DNA from: Minisyncoccota bacterium
GTDB lineage: Bacteria; Patescibacteriota; Minisyncoccia; Phycocordibacterales; UBA9973
Direction of reading: 5' to 3'
Length of the DNA stretch: 64,000 nt
Assembly: GCA_043776915.1 (NCBI GenBank)
Contig: JAYVQT010000003.1
Span: forward strand, 26,187 to 90,186
Shown here: one piece after another, positions 20,217-30,631 of the stretch
How positions within the stretch are numbered: the first letter of the stretch is position 1
Layout: the number at the start of each line of letters is the position of its first letter
Position numbers and translations under genes: made by a program
Notes under the pieces: generated by a model
The model's database searches: none
What the model was told of the DNA's origin: nothing
What the model saw: the letters and a program-made list of their open reading frames with translations, nothing else

Positions 20217-20723
20217 ATGCTAAAAAAGAAATCATTTTTTGAACGACTGACAGGCGGCATGCGTTTTGATGATGAAAAAGAAGATAGCACGACCGAAGGA
20301 AGTGTAAATAAAAAAGACTACGGAATAGATAAAAATACGATTAACCAAGTAAGTAAAGATCCTAAAAAAGAATCAAAATGGGAAGAAGAAGAGGAAGCTC
20401 AGCTGTCTGTCGATTTGTATCAAACGGCAAGTGACATTATCATCCAAACTATGATTGCTGGAGTTATACCTGATAATCTTTCAATTACTATTACACGCGA
20501 CATGGTCGTCATCCGTGGCAAGCGCGAAGGTAATCGCTCTATTAATAGTGATAGCTACTTCATCCAAGAGCTCTACTGGGGAGGATTTACACGAACTATT
20601 TCTCTTCCAGAAGAAGTTGATCCTGAAGAATCTGAAGCCATCGAAAAGCATGGGCTCCTCATTATTACCCTTCCCAAGATAAATAAAGATAAAAAAACAA
20701 CACTGAAAGTTAAATCTATGTAA
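20217..20723 (+). CDS. Hsp20/alpha-crystallin family small heat-shock protein
   Basis: ACD-like core (LSVDLYQT...VIRGKRE...GGFTRTISLPEEVD...ITLPK). Confidence 0.8.
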   Translation: MLKKKSFFERLTGGMRFDDEKEDSTTEGSVNKKDYGIDKNTINQVSKDPKKESKWEEEEEAQLSVDLYQTASDIIIQTMIAGVIPDNLSITITRDMVVIRGKREGNRSINSDSYFIQELYWGGFTRTISLPEEVDPEESEAIEKHGLLIITLPKINKDKKTTLKVKSM

Positions 20724-20742
20724 TTCTCAAAGTGACCATACT

Positions 20743-20768
20743 AAAAATCCGCATTAATGCGGATTTTT
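20743..20768. terminator. Perfect palindromic hairpin terminator (aaaaatccgca ttaa tgcggattttt)
   Basis: 11-bp stem with A/T-runs on both sides, between hsp20 (+) and tRNA-Phe (-). Confidence 0.55.
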
Positions 20769-20772
20769 AGTA

Positions 20773-20848
20773 TGGTGCCGAGGACCAGAGTTGAACTGGT
20801 GACATCTCCCTCTTCAGGGGAGCGCTCTACCAACTGAGCTACCTCGGC
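20773..20848 (-). tRNA. tRNA-Phe (anticodon GAA), CCA encoded
   Basis: Manual fold: acceptor GCCGAGG/CCTCGGC, D-arm GCTC-AGTTGGTA-GAGC, anticodon loop CTGAAGA, T-arm ACCAG-TTCAACT-CTGGT. Confidence 0.9.
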
Positions 20849-20853
20849 ATATT

Positions 20854-21153
20854 CTATTTCATTGCTTTCAAGAAATCTTCTACTTGCTGCTTGTTGTTAT
20901 TTAAATTCTTCGTGACATCACTATAATTATTGATACCCGAAACACCGTAGACATTCAATAGGTTACCTAGAAACGGTTGTATAAAGAAGTAGGCTCCAAT
21001 TGAGGAAAAAATAATAATTCCCCAATAGACTACCCTATAGATAGTGTTCCACTTCTGGATACGAACTAGCTTGCCGAGCATCAGATTATTATCTTTCGCT
21101 ACAGCCAAATTCTCTTCTAAGAGCTTCTTTGTATCCGAATCCATAATGTGCAC
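20854..21153 (-). CDS. Hypothetical membrane protein (99 aa)
   Basis: One TM helix; lies between two tRNA genes. Confidence 0.35.
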   Translation of the reverse strand: MHIMDSDTKKLLEENLAVAKDNNLMLGKLVRIQKWNTIYRVVYWGIIIFSSIGAYFFIQPFLGNLLNVYGVSGINNYSDVTKNLNNNKQQVEDFLKAMK

Positions 21154-21184
21154 TTTACCATAATTGAAGTAAAAATAAAAGCTG

Positions 21185-21259
21185 TGGTGCCCTCGGCGGG
21201 AATCGAACCTACATCTATTCCTTAGGACGGAACTGTTCTATCCATTGAACTACGAGGGC
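21185..21259 (-). tRNA. tRNA-Arg (anticodon CCT), CCA encoded
   Basis: Manual fold: acceptor GCCCTCG/CGAGGGC, D-stem GTTC/GAAC, anticodon loop GTCCTAA, T-loop TTCGATT with one A-C mismatch in the T-stem. Confidence 0.75.
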
Positions 21260-21314
21260 ATTATAAAAGCAGCATTTCTGGTCCTTTTATAATACGTCAA
21301 AATACAAGAAATTG

Positions 21315-21554
21315 CTATAGAGTTATACCTAGCAATTCGATGATTTTAGGTTTATTAAAGCCAACGATGATTTTGTCACCAATAATAATAACTGGTACAC
21401 CCATCTGGCCACTCTTAGTAATCATTTCCTTTCTTTTTTCCTGATCACTAGCAACGTCAAAATCCTCGAACTCGACATTCTTCTCTTTAAAGAAATCTTT
21501 GGCCATGTGACAGAAGTGGCAGGAAGGTGTGCTATATATTATTACTTTGTTCAT
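21315..21554 (-). CDS. Glutaredoxin-like protein (NrdH/Grx fold, CxxC)
   Basis: 79 aa with a CHFC active-site motif and GVPVIIIG. Confidence 0.75.
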   Translation of the reverse strand: MNKVIIYSTPSCHFCHMAKDFFKEKNVEFEDFDVASDQEKRKEMITKSGQMGVPVIIIGDKIIVGFNKPKIIELLGITL

Positions 21555-21638
21555 AGTGTTTAGCCGAAATTCGGCAACTATTTATAATGGACTAGTAGTA
21601 TATCACAATTGTAAAATGCGCAATACTTGACATCTATG

Positions 21639-21712
21639 TGGTGCGGGATACGAGAATCGAACTCGTGTCTCAACCTTGGGAAGGTCGCATGCTGCCACTA
21701 TACCAATCCCGC
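21639..21712 (-). tRNA. tRNA-Gly (anticodon CCC), CCA encoded
   Basis: Manual fold: acceptor GCGGGAT/ATCCCGC, anticodon stem CGACC/GGTTG, loop TTCCCAA, T-arm ACGAG-TTCGATT-CTCGT. Confidence 0.85.
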
Positions 21713-21721
21713 AATAGTATA

Positions 21722-22102
21722 TTATTTTCGAAACATTCTTTTAATAAAGCCCCAAAAACTATGATCAGTGGTTATCTCTTCTGTTGTATTTTTCTTAGTA
21801 TTAGGATCGACAATAACCACCATCTTCTCTCCGGGTTTCACCACTTGAAATTTATCTCTCACTGTTTCTTCAACTCCTTCTTCTGTGTTCAAAGAATCAA
21901 TATCTTTCGTCAAAGCCATCTGACGTTTGCGTAATTCATCGATCTTATTGAGCTCTGAAATTTTATTTTTATTTGTTTCACGTTCTTTTTGTATAATACC
22001 AAATATATTATAAGCAAAAAGGATACTAATACAAAAAAGGATACTAAGCACGGGCGGCGAGTACCAGAAATTATATTTACTTTTCTGCTTGAATTGTGCC
22101 AT
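21722..22102 (-). CDS. ftsB: Septum formation initiator FtsB/DivIC-like
   Basis: N-terminal TM, a coiled coil, and a C-terminal EETVRDKFQVVKPGEKMVVI motif resembling the FtsB C-terminal region. Confidence 0.6.
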   Translation of the reverse strand: MAQFKQKSKYNFWYSPPVLSILFCISILFAYNIFGIIQKERETNKNKISELNKIDELRKRQMALTKDIDSLNTEEGVEETVRDKFQVVKPGEKMVVIVDPNTKKNTTEEITTDHSFWGFIKRMFRK

Positions 22103-22245
22103 AGAATATGTATAATTATATCATGATTTTCAGCACGAAAGGCCAAAAAAGAATGAGGACTGCTTTCACTATCATTTCAGTTATCGTTATACTGAGTATG
22201 ATCGCGCTCTATCTTCCTATTCTTCGCTAAACGAGTAGGGGGGGG

Positions 22246-24045
22246 TTAATTATCCCCACTTCTCATCATCTTTAAGAACACCTCGTGTGAGATGTTTATT
22301 TTCCCACGTCCGGCCATCTTTTTCTTGCCTTTCTTTTGCTTCTCTCGAAGTTTCATTTTACGAGTAATATCACCCCCATACATATGCTGCGTCACATCTT
22401 TCATAAATGCACTGACTGATTCTGATGAGATTATCCTTCCAAGTGCTTTACCTTGAATCTTGAAGGCAAACTGCTGACGAGGAATAACCTTTTTTAGTTT
22501 CTCAACTTGGCTCTTGGCGTCCTCTTCTACGCGCCGCCTGGAAACTACTCGAGTAAATGCGACCATTGGTTCATCAGCTACGAGGATATCCAAGCGAACT
22601 ACATCAGCATCATGGTACTCACCTATTTCATATGAAATGGAGGCATAGCCTTGAGTTATACTTTTTAAAGTATCAAAAAAGTCACGCATGAGTTCACGAA
22701 GTGGCATCTCGAGGTTTATGGACGAGCGATTATCTCCAAAGTTATCGGTCATCTTTATCTCTGCCTCATGTTCGTAGAAAAATGGCATAAGTATGCTCAC
22801 ATATCTCGTCGGAACAATAATCTTAACATCAACCCATGGTTCGAAAACTTTTGTAATATTCCCATCATCAGGAAACAAGTGCGGCGAATAGACCATCTGC
22901 TCTTTCCCACTTTTTAACACTACTTTGTATGTAATAGATGGCATGGTCACCACAAGCTCCAAATCAAACTCACGATTTAGACGCTCGGTCACTATTTCTA
23001 AATGAAGCATTCCGAGAAATCCACAGCGAAATCCTCGACCTAGACTGCCTGAGGTTTCCTCTTCGTATGAAAACGAAGAATCAGATAATTTTAATTTAGA
23101 GAGTGCTGCCTTGAGCTCGGGGAAATCATCTGCCGATTCCGGATAGACAGAAGCCCAGACTACTGGCGATGGGTTCATGTATCCTGGAAGTGCTGGTAAA
23201 GGCATCTTGACATAGGTGATGGTGTCTCCGACCGATGCAATACCGGGCTTTTTAATACCAGTGACAATATACCCTATTTCTCCACCACTGATTGTAGATC
23301 GAGGAAATTCTTCGGGAGAAAAAGTTCCAACTTCGAGTGATATAAATCTCTCATTTGAAATTGCAAAAAGGAGTGATTCTCCTTTTTTGAAACTTCCATC
23401 TATCACACGCACATATATTATGACTCCGCGGTGATTATCATACTTGAAATCAAAAACAAGAGCTCGCCCTGAAGTATTCTCTTCTTGCACATGTGGTGAT
23501 GGAATTCTTTTTACAAGTTCTGACAAAAGCTCGCTCACTCCTTGACCAGTTTTTCCCGACACTTCTAGGATTGTATCTGGGTCAATATCAAGAAGCAGAG
23601 CAAGCTCCATCTTTACTTCGTCTATGCGCGCAAGTGGTGAGTCTACTTTGGAAAGTACGGGGATAATGACGAGGCCGGATTCTCGTGCCATACCAAGAGT
23701 AGTAAGAGTCTGAGCTTGCACCCCTTGAGTACAGTCAACAAGTAAAATAGAACCTTCGACAGCTTTAAGTGCTCGAGAAACTTCGTACGAGAAGTCGATA
23801 TGCCCAGGAGTATCAATCAAGTTCAAAACATACATATGTCCATTTACAGAGTACTCCATACGCACTGGTTGCATTTTGATAGTAATACCACGCTCACGCT
23901 CAAGCTCCATTGAGTCGAGAACTTGGTCTTTCATCTTACGCTTCTCGATTGTACCCGTCACTTCAAGCATCCGGTCAGCGAGAGTACTTTTACCATGGTC
24001 AATATGAGCAATAATTGAGAAGTTTCTAATAGATTTTATATCCAT
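22246..24045 (-). CDS. lepA: Elongation factor 4 (LepA)
   Basis: NFSIIAHIDHGKSTLADRMLE G-domain and the LepA-specific C-terminal region; 599 aa. Confidence 0.9.
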   Translation of the reverse strand: MDIKSIRNFSIIAHIDHGKSTLADRMLEVTGTIEKRKMKDQVLDSMELERERGITIKMQPVRMEYSVNGHMYVLNLIDTPGHIDFSYEVSRALKAVEGSILLVDCTQGVQAQTLTTLGMARESGLVIIPVLSKVDSPLARIDEVKMELALLLDIDPDTILEVSGKTGQGVSELLSELVKRIPSPHVQEENTSGRALVFDFKYDNHRGVIIYVRVIDGSFKKGESLLFAISNERFISLEVGTFSPEEFPRSTISGGEIGYIVTGIKKPGIASVGDTITYVKMPLPALPGYMNPSPVVWASVYPESADDFPELKAALSKLKLSDSSFSYEEETSGSLGRGFRCGFLGMLHLEIVTERLNREFDLELVVTMPSITYKVVLKSGKEQMVYSPHLFPDDGNITKVFEPWVDVKIIVPTRYVSILMPFFYEHEAEIKMTDNFGDNRSSINLEMPLRELMRDFFDTLKSITQGYASISYEIGEYHDADVVRLDILVADEPMVAFTRVVSRRRVEEDAKSQVEKLKKVIPRQQFAFKIQGKALGRIISSESVSAFMKDVTQHMYGGDITRKMKLREKQKKGKKKMAGRGKINISHEVFLKMMRSGDN

Positions 24046-24085
24046 AGCCCTATCCTACCAGAAAAAGGCTTTAAAATAAAGGTGA

Positions 24086-25774
24086 TTACAGTTCTTTCTG
24101 TTCGGGGGCGACGACGCGGTTGCGCCAGAATTTATGACTGAGGGCCCGCGCAAGATCAGCCAGTTCCCTATTCTTCATAAGTGCCAGAGCACAGACGCCA
24201 AAGCTAATACCAATCACGCCGGATAGTAATCCTTGCAAGAATATTCCACGGCCAGTTGTCAATCCAAAGATATCATCAAATATCCCGAGACAAATATAGG
24301 CTACCGTACCCATAATTAGCGAACTAAAAACACTTTGAATAAATGTAGTCCATAGCTTAGATGAACCAAAGTTTAGAAAATCTTTTTTAAATAAATACCA
24401 TATTAAGAAGAAGTTCAGAAGCGAACCACACGCATAGGCAAGTGGAAGCGCAAGCATAAGAGTCCCTGGCACATGAGATACACGCAATATTGATTCAAGA
24501 TTTAAAAGAATATATGGATACGTCCGAAAGATATATATATAACTATAGGCAAAAACAATCATCATACATGAGGAGAAAATATTTATCACAAGAGGCTTGC
24601 GAGTATTCGATGCAGCATAGTAACCACGAACAAAAAGAAGCACGAGGCTCTGTGAGGCGAGTGATACTACAAAAAGTGCGGCTGAAGCAGCTGTTAAACG
24701 TGTATCAGCCCAAGAAAATGTGGTTGAACCAAGTACCACACGCACAATCTGCGCACGAAGCACAATCATAAGCACAATAACGGGTAATGACCAAAATATT
24801 ATTTGTCGGGCTGCACCAAGGATATGTGTCACGAAGCTTTCCATATCTTTCATTGAAAATGACCGGACGAGTATAGGAAACGCTGCCACGGAATATGAGA
24901 TACCAATAATCCCGACAGGCACTGACTGTAAGTTGTACGAAAATGTAAACAATGATATCGAACCAGACTTGAGCGTCGAAGCCATAGCTATAAAAGCCAT
25001 AAATGCAATGCTATTACATGAAAGTGCCAGTGTTCGTGGAGCTGAAAGCTTAACAACTTGCAACACTTCCATCCATGAAATACGAGATGTAAGCTTCGGT
25101 AGAAAGCCATGAGAAGCGACAACTGGTACTTGAATAAGGAAGTGAAGAGCTGCACCAATGATGACACCCAGCGCCAATCCATAAATACCCATCAATGGAT
25201 ATAGCACAATAATTCCGACTAAAATTCCCACATTATAAAATATCGGGGAGAGTGAAAATACGAAGAAGTTCTTAAATAGCTGAGTGATAGTGCCAATCAA
25301 ATTTGAAAGACCGATAAATATAGGAGAGAAAAGCATGATCCGGCTCATCATGACAAGTAAGATTGTTTGAGATTCAGAAAATCCTGGTGCAATAAAATGT
25401 GCAATATATGGCATAAGAATAGCAACTAGCACACTAGCAACGATCATGAAAAGCATATACGCACTAAAGATATTATTAATGAATTTTCGAGCACTCTCAG
25501 CACCATCACCATTCTTATTGATCTTATCCATCAAAAATGGCATGAGCACTGTAATCGAAGCAAGTGAAGCAATCGAAATATACAGAAAGTCTGGAATACG
25601 AAAAGCTGCATAGTACACGTCGAGTACCGGCCCGGCACCGACGACGTGCGCAAGTGTTCGATCACGAACGAGCCCGAGCAATTGAGATAAAAAAGCAAAT
25701 GAGCCCAGGAGAAGAGCCGCCTCATTGACTCCATGAAATTCTTTATTAATGAATGTCAGAATGCGCTTAACCAT
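24086..25774 (-). CDS. murJ: Lipid II flippase MurJ (MviN family)
   Basis: About 14 TM segments, the N-terminal LGLVRDRTLAHVVGAG and DVYYAAFRIPDFLY region typical of MurJ. Confidence 0.85.
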   Translation of the reverse strand: MVKRILTFINKEFHGVNEAALLLGSFAFLSQLLGLVRDRTLAHVVGAGPVLDVYYAAFRIPDFLYISIASLASITVLMPFLMDKINKNGDGAESARKFINNIFSAYMLFMIVASVLVAILMPYIAHFIAPGFSESQTILLVMMSRIMLFSPIFIGLSNLIGTITQLFKNFFVFSLSPIFYNVGILVGIIVLYPLMGIYGLALGVIIGAALHFLIQVPVVASHGFLPKLTSRISWMEVLQVVKLSAPRTLALSCNSIAFMAFIAMASTLKSGSISLFTFSYNLQSVPVGIIGISYSVAAFPILVRSFSMKDMESFVTHILGAARQIIFWSLPVIVLMIVLRAQIVRVVLGSTTFSWADTRLTAASAALFVVSLASQSLVLLFVRGYYAASNTRKPLVINIFSSCMMIVFAYSYIYIFRTYPYILLNLESILRVSHVPGTLMLALPLAYACGSLLNFFLIWYLFKKDFLNFGSSKLWTTFIQSVFSSLIMGTVAYICLGIFDDIFGLTTGRGIFLQGLLSGVIGISFGVCALALMKNRELADLARALSHKFWRNRVVAPEQKEL

Positions 25775-25791
25775 TACAAACTATACACCTC

Positions 25792-28143
25792 TTATTGTCC
25801 TCCTGTAGTTTTAGCTGGCTTGGTTGGTGTTTTTGTCGGTGATGGAGTTGTAGGTACTGGAGCTGTAAATGTTTGAGAAAGTGAGCTCAGAGCATCTTTA
25901 ACATCCTGATTGTTTGGTAGACGCTTAGTAAGTGCATTAAACATATCCCTTGCTTCATCGATACGACCAGCTTTCTTATATGATTGGCCGAGTAAAAATG
26001 CCGCATCAAGATATTGAGAATTAAGTTTTAGCGCTTGCTGGAATGCATTAATCGAACCCTGATAATCAGCGTTATTATATTTGAGTAAGCCAAGCTTAAA
26101 GAAAACAGTAGAATCATTCGGAGCGACTATACTTGCTTTTTCAGCTTGCTTTATAGCTTCTGACATATTACCTTCACTAATATTTATTTGAGCAAGAAGG
26201 AATAGTGCATCAGTATAATCAGACTTTAGAAGTAACGCTTGATCTATAAACTTCTTTGCCTCGTCATTATTCTTATGAGCAACTTCAAGACTCGCACGAG
26301 ATAAAAGTATTGATGGATTATTTGGAGCGAGGGCGCGTGCTTTTTCATAAGCAACAACGGCACTTTCATAACTACTCCTCACAGCAAGAGGTACAAGTGA
26401 ACTATAGAGATTACCAAGATTCATGTAATTAAGATACTGTTTAGGATTCTGACTAATAGCAGATTTGGCAGATGATTCAGCAAGACTAATGAGTCTTTCC
26501 ACATCAGGCTTGAGTGAATCAGCAGATCGTGTCTTGTCATTTATAATAATACCAATATCAGCAAGGTAAACCTGGGAAAGGGTACGGTAATATACATCAT
26601 TTTGATCGAGTAATAATGCATTTGAAAGATGTCTCTCTGATTGGGCTAAGGATTCTATAGTATTCGTACTTACTTGACCTTTTGAAAAATAAATAAGTGA
26701 AGCGAACTTTTCTGCATATACATAAGTTGTCGACAGTGTTACAATCATCAGAATCATAAGAATAAGTATTGAGAAGAAGCTTGCTCGAGGATCATGAAGA
26801 AATGAGAATTCTCGCACATGCACTGATTGATTCATTACCAGAAGAGCTACGAGCATACCACTTGATACAAAGGCACATGCAAACATTGTGAAGTTTGGTG
26901 TGTAGAAAATAATAGTAGCCCATGAGTAGATAGTAACGATGAGGGTGCTCATTGTGAAGTAATTAGAAACATGAGCATGAAGTACCTTCTGTATAGATGT
27001 AATAATTTTCTTAATAACAGCATAGAGGAAAAGGAGCCATGCGAAGATACCAAGGAGACCGGTCGTAACAACAAAAGTCATAAGGGAGCTGTAACCATTC
27101 ACAAAATCTACATTCCAAAATACAGACTGTGCAACCTCCTTTGGTTGCCAAAGCGCCCAATCCATAACAAACGTATTTGGACCAGTACCAAAGAGTGGAT
27201 TATGACGAATAGCTTTATACGCAATTTGTAGAGTTGTAGACGCTCCAGGATGGACATCAACATTATATACACTCAAATTTCTTGAAATCAGATTTCCGAT
27301 TGAATTATTACCAATCAAGAAAATAAGACAAATGAAAATCATCACAAGAGAAACAAATGGAAACTTTTTCTTTTCGTGAGCTGCCTCATCTTCTCTAATT
27401 CTAGCTTGCTGAATAGATATCGTATAGACAAAAATAATAATAGAAAAAAGTCCAACAAGAATCCAAACAAGTGGTACATTTACAATAATAAGAAAAAATA
27501 CACCAGAGATCAGTAAGAAATACTGCATAGCCATGAATAAACCCTTTGTTTTTAATAATTCAATCGTTGCTATACAAAGTAGAATAATGAGGCCAAATAA
27601 GAGAGCGAAATCATTCCAGTTACCAACCAAGTTTCCCGAAGAAATACCCTTTAAGAATCCTGGTAGAAAATGCTCAACACTCACAACAATATTGATAATT
27701 TGAAATACAGCTACCATAGTCGCTCCAATAAAGAGTGCCTGGTAAAAGGACCAAAGACGCTCTTCTTTTTGAAAATGCATTATCGAGAGGAAAAAAAGAA
27801 TAAACAAAACCAACATGGATCCGAAGGTTCCTAGTTCAAAACCACTTCCCAATATCGATACATACGAAGAAGAAGAGAAAAATGAAGAAATTAGAAATAC
27901 AACAGGAATAGCGAGGGCAAAGAGTATAATTTTATCTTTAGGAATCAAGAACTTTCCTTCACCGAGCCTTGCAATAAGCCAGAAGAATAGCGAGAGTGTC
28001 GTCCCGACAGATATTAAAAAACCTTTATTTGCCTCGAGAGTTACTGATACATATGGAAGAAAGAAAAATAATGACAGGAATAAAGTTGCCAGAAGTGTCA
28101 AAAACGATACCGTATTGAAAAATTCAATTTTTTTAGATTCCAT
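25792..28143 (-). CDS. O-antigen ligase (Wzy_C)-like polytopic membrane domain fused to C-terminal TPR repeats, with a Pro/Thr-rich tail
   Basis: About 12 TM helices in the N-terminal 450 aa, TPR-like repeats (AxxxxxKAxxL periodicity) and a low-complexity tail TAPVPTTPSPTKTPTKPAKTTGGQ. Confidence 0.55.
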   Translation of the reverse strand: MESKKIEFFNTVSFLTLLATLFLSLFFFLPYVSVTLEANKGFLISVGTTLSLFFWLIARLGEGKFLIPKDKIILFALAIPVVFLISSFFSSSSYVSILGSGFELGTFGSMLVLFILFFLSIMHFQKEERLWSFYQALFIGATMVAVFQIINIVVSVEHFLPGFLKGISSGNLVGNWNDFALLFGLIILLCIATIELLKTKGLFMAMQYFLLISGVFFLIIVNVPLVWILVGLFSIIIFVYTISIQQARIREDEAAHEKKKFPFVSLVMIFICLIFLIGNNSIGNLISRNLSVYNVDVHPGASTTLQIAYKAIRHNPLFGTGPNTFVMDWALWQPKEVAQSVFWNVDFVNGYSSLMTFVVTTGLLGIFAWLLFLYAVIKKIITSIQKVLHAHVSNYFTMSTLIVTIYSWATIIFYTPNFTMFACAFVSSGMLVALLVMNQSVHVREFSFLHDPRASFFSILILMILMIVTLSTTYVYAEKFASLIYFSKGQVSTNTIESLAQSERHLSNALLLDQNDVYYRTLSQVYLADIGIIINDKTRSADSLKPDVERLISLAESSAKSAISQNPKQYLNYMNLGNLYSSLVPLAVRSSYESAVVAYEKARALAPNNPSILLSRASLEVAHKNNDEAKKFIDQALLLKSDYTDALFLLAQINISEGNMSEAIKQAEKASIVAPNDSTVFFKLGLLKYNNADYQGSINAFQQALKLNSQYLDAAFLLGQSYKKAGRIDEARDMFNALTKRLPNNQDVKDALSSLSQTFTAPVPTTPSPTKTPTKPAKTTGGQ

Positions 28144-28198
28144 AGTTTATATATTAAAGCGAATAAGAATTAATTATACATAATTTCGACTCATAAGA

Positions 28199-30622
28199 CT
28201 ACACAACTATGTTAACAAGCCTGTCCTTAATGTAAATAAAGCGCTTTATATCCTTCCCTACTGTCCAGCCTATAATAGCCTTATTTTCTAATGCACACTT
28301 CTTGACATCTTCCTCATCTATATCTCGATGTACCATCATTTCAGCTCGAACTTTACCATTCACTTGAATGATTATCTTTAGCACATCAGTAATAATTTTC
28401 TCTGGATCCCACTTCGGCCAGGCACTGAGATGAATAGATTTCTTCTCATCAAGTCCTCGCCAGAGCTCTTCAGTGATGTGTGGAGCAAATGGTGCGAGGA
28501 TTTGCAAAAAAAACTTAAAATCTTTTTTAGAGATTGTTTTTACTTTTTCAATTTCATTTACAAGAACCATCGTCGATGAGATTGCGGTATTGAAGCTCAT
28601 AGACTCTATATCTTCAGTTACTTTTTTTATCGTCTTATGTAAGATTGTTTTGAGCTTTGTGGAAGAAACTTTCTGAGTAGAGGTCATCGCATCAACATAT
28701 TCCAAACTTTTCCAAACCTTTTCCAAAAACCGTCGTGAGCCAATAATGCTTTGTGTATTCCACGCCACAGCTTGATCAAAAGGACCCATGAACATTTCAT
28801 AGATGCGAAGAGTATCGGCGCCATATGTCTTTACAATATCTTTAGGATCAACTGTATTACCAATTGATTTGGACATTTTGACTCCACCTTCGGCCAAAAT
28901 CATACCGTGACTCGTCCGCTTGGTATACGGCTCACTCGTTGGTACAAGCTTTAAATCGTATAAAAATTTATGCCAAAAGCGTGAATAGAGTAAGTGAAGA
29001 GTGGTGTGTTCCATCCCACCATTATACCAGTCGACAGGCGTCCAGTATTTTAAATTCTTTTTTGAAGCAAATTCTTTTTGATTCTTTGGGTCAGCATAGC
29101 GAAGATAGTACCACGAGCTTCCCGCCCAATTTGGCATAGTATCAGTCTCACGAGTAGCTTTGCCTTTACAGATCGGACACTTTACATTGACCCATTTGTC
29201 AATAATGGCAAGCGGGCTCTCGCCAGTATCAGTCGGCACATATGACTTTACTTTTGGTAGTGTCACTGGCAGATCTTTCTCGGGAACAGGGACATAACCA
29301 CACGTTGCGCAGTGAATAATCGGAATCGGCTCACCCCAATAACGCTGTCGAGAGAAAACCCAGTCGCGAAGCTTATACTTGGTCACCATCTTCCCCCCGA
29401 TTGCTTCCGTGATTTTTATGCGAGCTTCTTCAGAATTCATACCAGAAAATTCTCCAGAATCAGTCAAAATTCCTTCGCCTGTATAAAAAGAGTCTTTCGT
29501 ATTAAGAATAGGTACACCCTGAACAACTGACTTACTACCTACATGATACTTCTTAGCAAATTCAAAATCACGTTCATCGTGCGCTGGCACAGCCATGATG
29601 GCACCTGTACCATACTGAAGCAGAACATGGTCGCCAATAAAGAGAGGTATCTCTTCACCACTGGCCGGATTCAGAGCTTTTATTCCTTTTAGTTCTACTC
29701 CAGTTTTTTCCTTATCATCTGTTGTTCGCTCAATTTCATCTTTTTCTTTTGTCTTTTGAATATAGGCTTTAACTTCATCCTTATTCTCAAAGATATCGAG
29801 GTTTCTTGTCACCCAGGGATGCTCCGGAGCAAAAACCATGTACGTTGCACCATATATCGTATCAGCTCGCGTAGTAAAAATTTTAATACTCTCTTTACTA
29901 TTTTTTATCAGAAAGTCTATCTCACTCCCCTCGCTTTTGCCGATCCAGTTACGTTGCTGAGTTTTTATTTTAGGAAGGTAGTCAACAGTATCAAGATCAG
30001 CATCGAGCCTGTCCGCATACTTGGTAATGGCGAGCATCCACTGCTCCTTCTCGCGCTTTACAACCGGAGTATCGCAGCGTTCACAACAACCGTTAACTAC
30101 TTCTTCGTTGGCAAGGCCTATCTTATCCTTCGGGCACCAGTTTATAATACTCTTGGCTTTATATGCCAAACCTTTCTTGTACAACTGCAAGAATATCCAC
30201 TGCGTCCATTTGTAATATGTCGGATCAGTCGTATTTACCTCTCGAGACCAATCAAAGCCGAAACCGATTTCTTTTAATTGTTTACGAAACGTATCAGTAT
30301 TCTGCTTGGTCACCTTCTCTGGTTGAATACCAGTCTTAATAGCATAGTTCTCGGTCGGTAGACCAAAGGCGTCCCAACCAATCGGAAAAAGCACGTTATA
30401 CCCTTCCATTCGACGCTTACGAGTAATAATATCCATAGCCGTATTTGAGCGAATATGGCCAACATGAAGCCCAGCTCCGGATGGGTACGGGAACTCAATC
30501 AAGCCGTAAAACTTTTTGCGCTTAGATAGAACTTTGGTTCCATTCTTAACCTGGTAAATCTTTTTAGTATCCCAGTCTTTCTGCCATTTTTTTTCTATTT
30601 TCGTATGGTCGTACTTTTTCAT
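28199..30622 (-). CDS. leuS: Leucine--tRNA ligase
   Basis: FPYPSGAGLHVGH (HIGH), KMSKSIGN and CP1 editing-domain length; 807 aa. Confidence 0.9.
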   Translation of the reverse strand: MKKYDHTKIEKKWQKDWDTKKIYQVKNGTKVLSKRKKFYGLIEFPYPSGAGLHVGHIRSNTAMDIITRKRRMEGYNVLFPIGWDAFGLPTENYAIKTGIQPEKVTKQNTDTFRKQLKEIGFGFDWSREVNTTDPTYYKWTQWIFLQLYKKGLAYKAKSIINWCPKDKIGLANEEVVNGCCERCDTPVVKREKEQWMLAITKYADRLDADLDTVDYLPKIKTQQRNWIGKSEGSEIDFLIKNSKESIKIFTTRADTIYGATYMVFAPEHPWVTRNLDIFENKDEVKAYIQKTKEKDEIERTTDDKEKTGVELKGIKALNPASGEEIPLFIGDHVLLQYGTGAIMAVPAHDERDFEFAKKYHVGSKSVVQGVPILNTKDSFYTGEGILTDSGEFSGMNSEEARIKITEAIGGKMVTKYKLRDWVFSRQRYWGEPIPIIHCATCGYVPVPEKDLPVTLPKVKSYVPTDTGESPLAIIDKWVNVKCPICKGKATRETDTMPNWAGSSWYYLRYADPKNQKEFASKKNLKYWTPVDWYNGGMEHTTLHLLYSRFWHKFLYDLKLVPTSEPYTKRTSHGMILAEGGVKMSKSIGNTVDPKDIVKTYGADTLRIYEMFMGPFDQAVAWNTQSIIGSRRFLEKVWKSLEYVDAMTSTQKVSSTKLKTILHKTIKKVTEDIESMSFNTAISSTMVLVNEIEKVKTISKKDFKFFLQILAPFAPHITEELWRGLDEKKSIHLSAWPKWDPEKIITDVLKIIIQVNGKVRAEMMVHRDIDEEDVKKCALENKAIIGWTVGKDIKRFIYIKDRLVNIVV

Positions 30623-30631
30623 CCTGAATAG

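Noticed and set aside
21638-21934. ORF-track CDS (98 aa, +) overlapping tRNA-Gly
   Set aside because: It lies antisense over a well-folding tRNA gene and over the FtsB-like gene, so it is a spurious frame.
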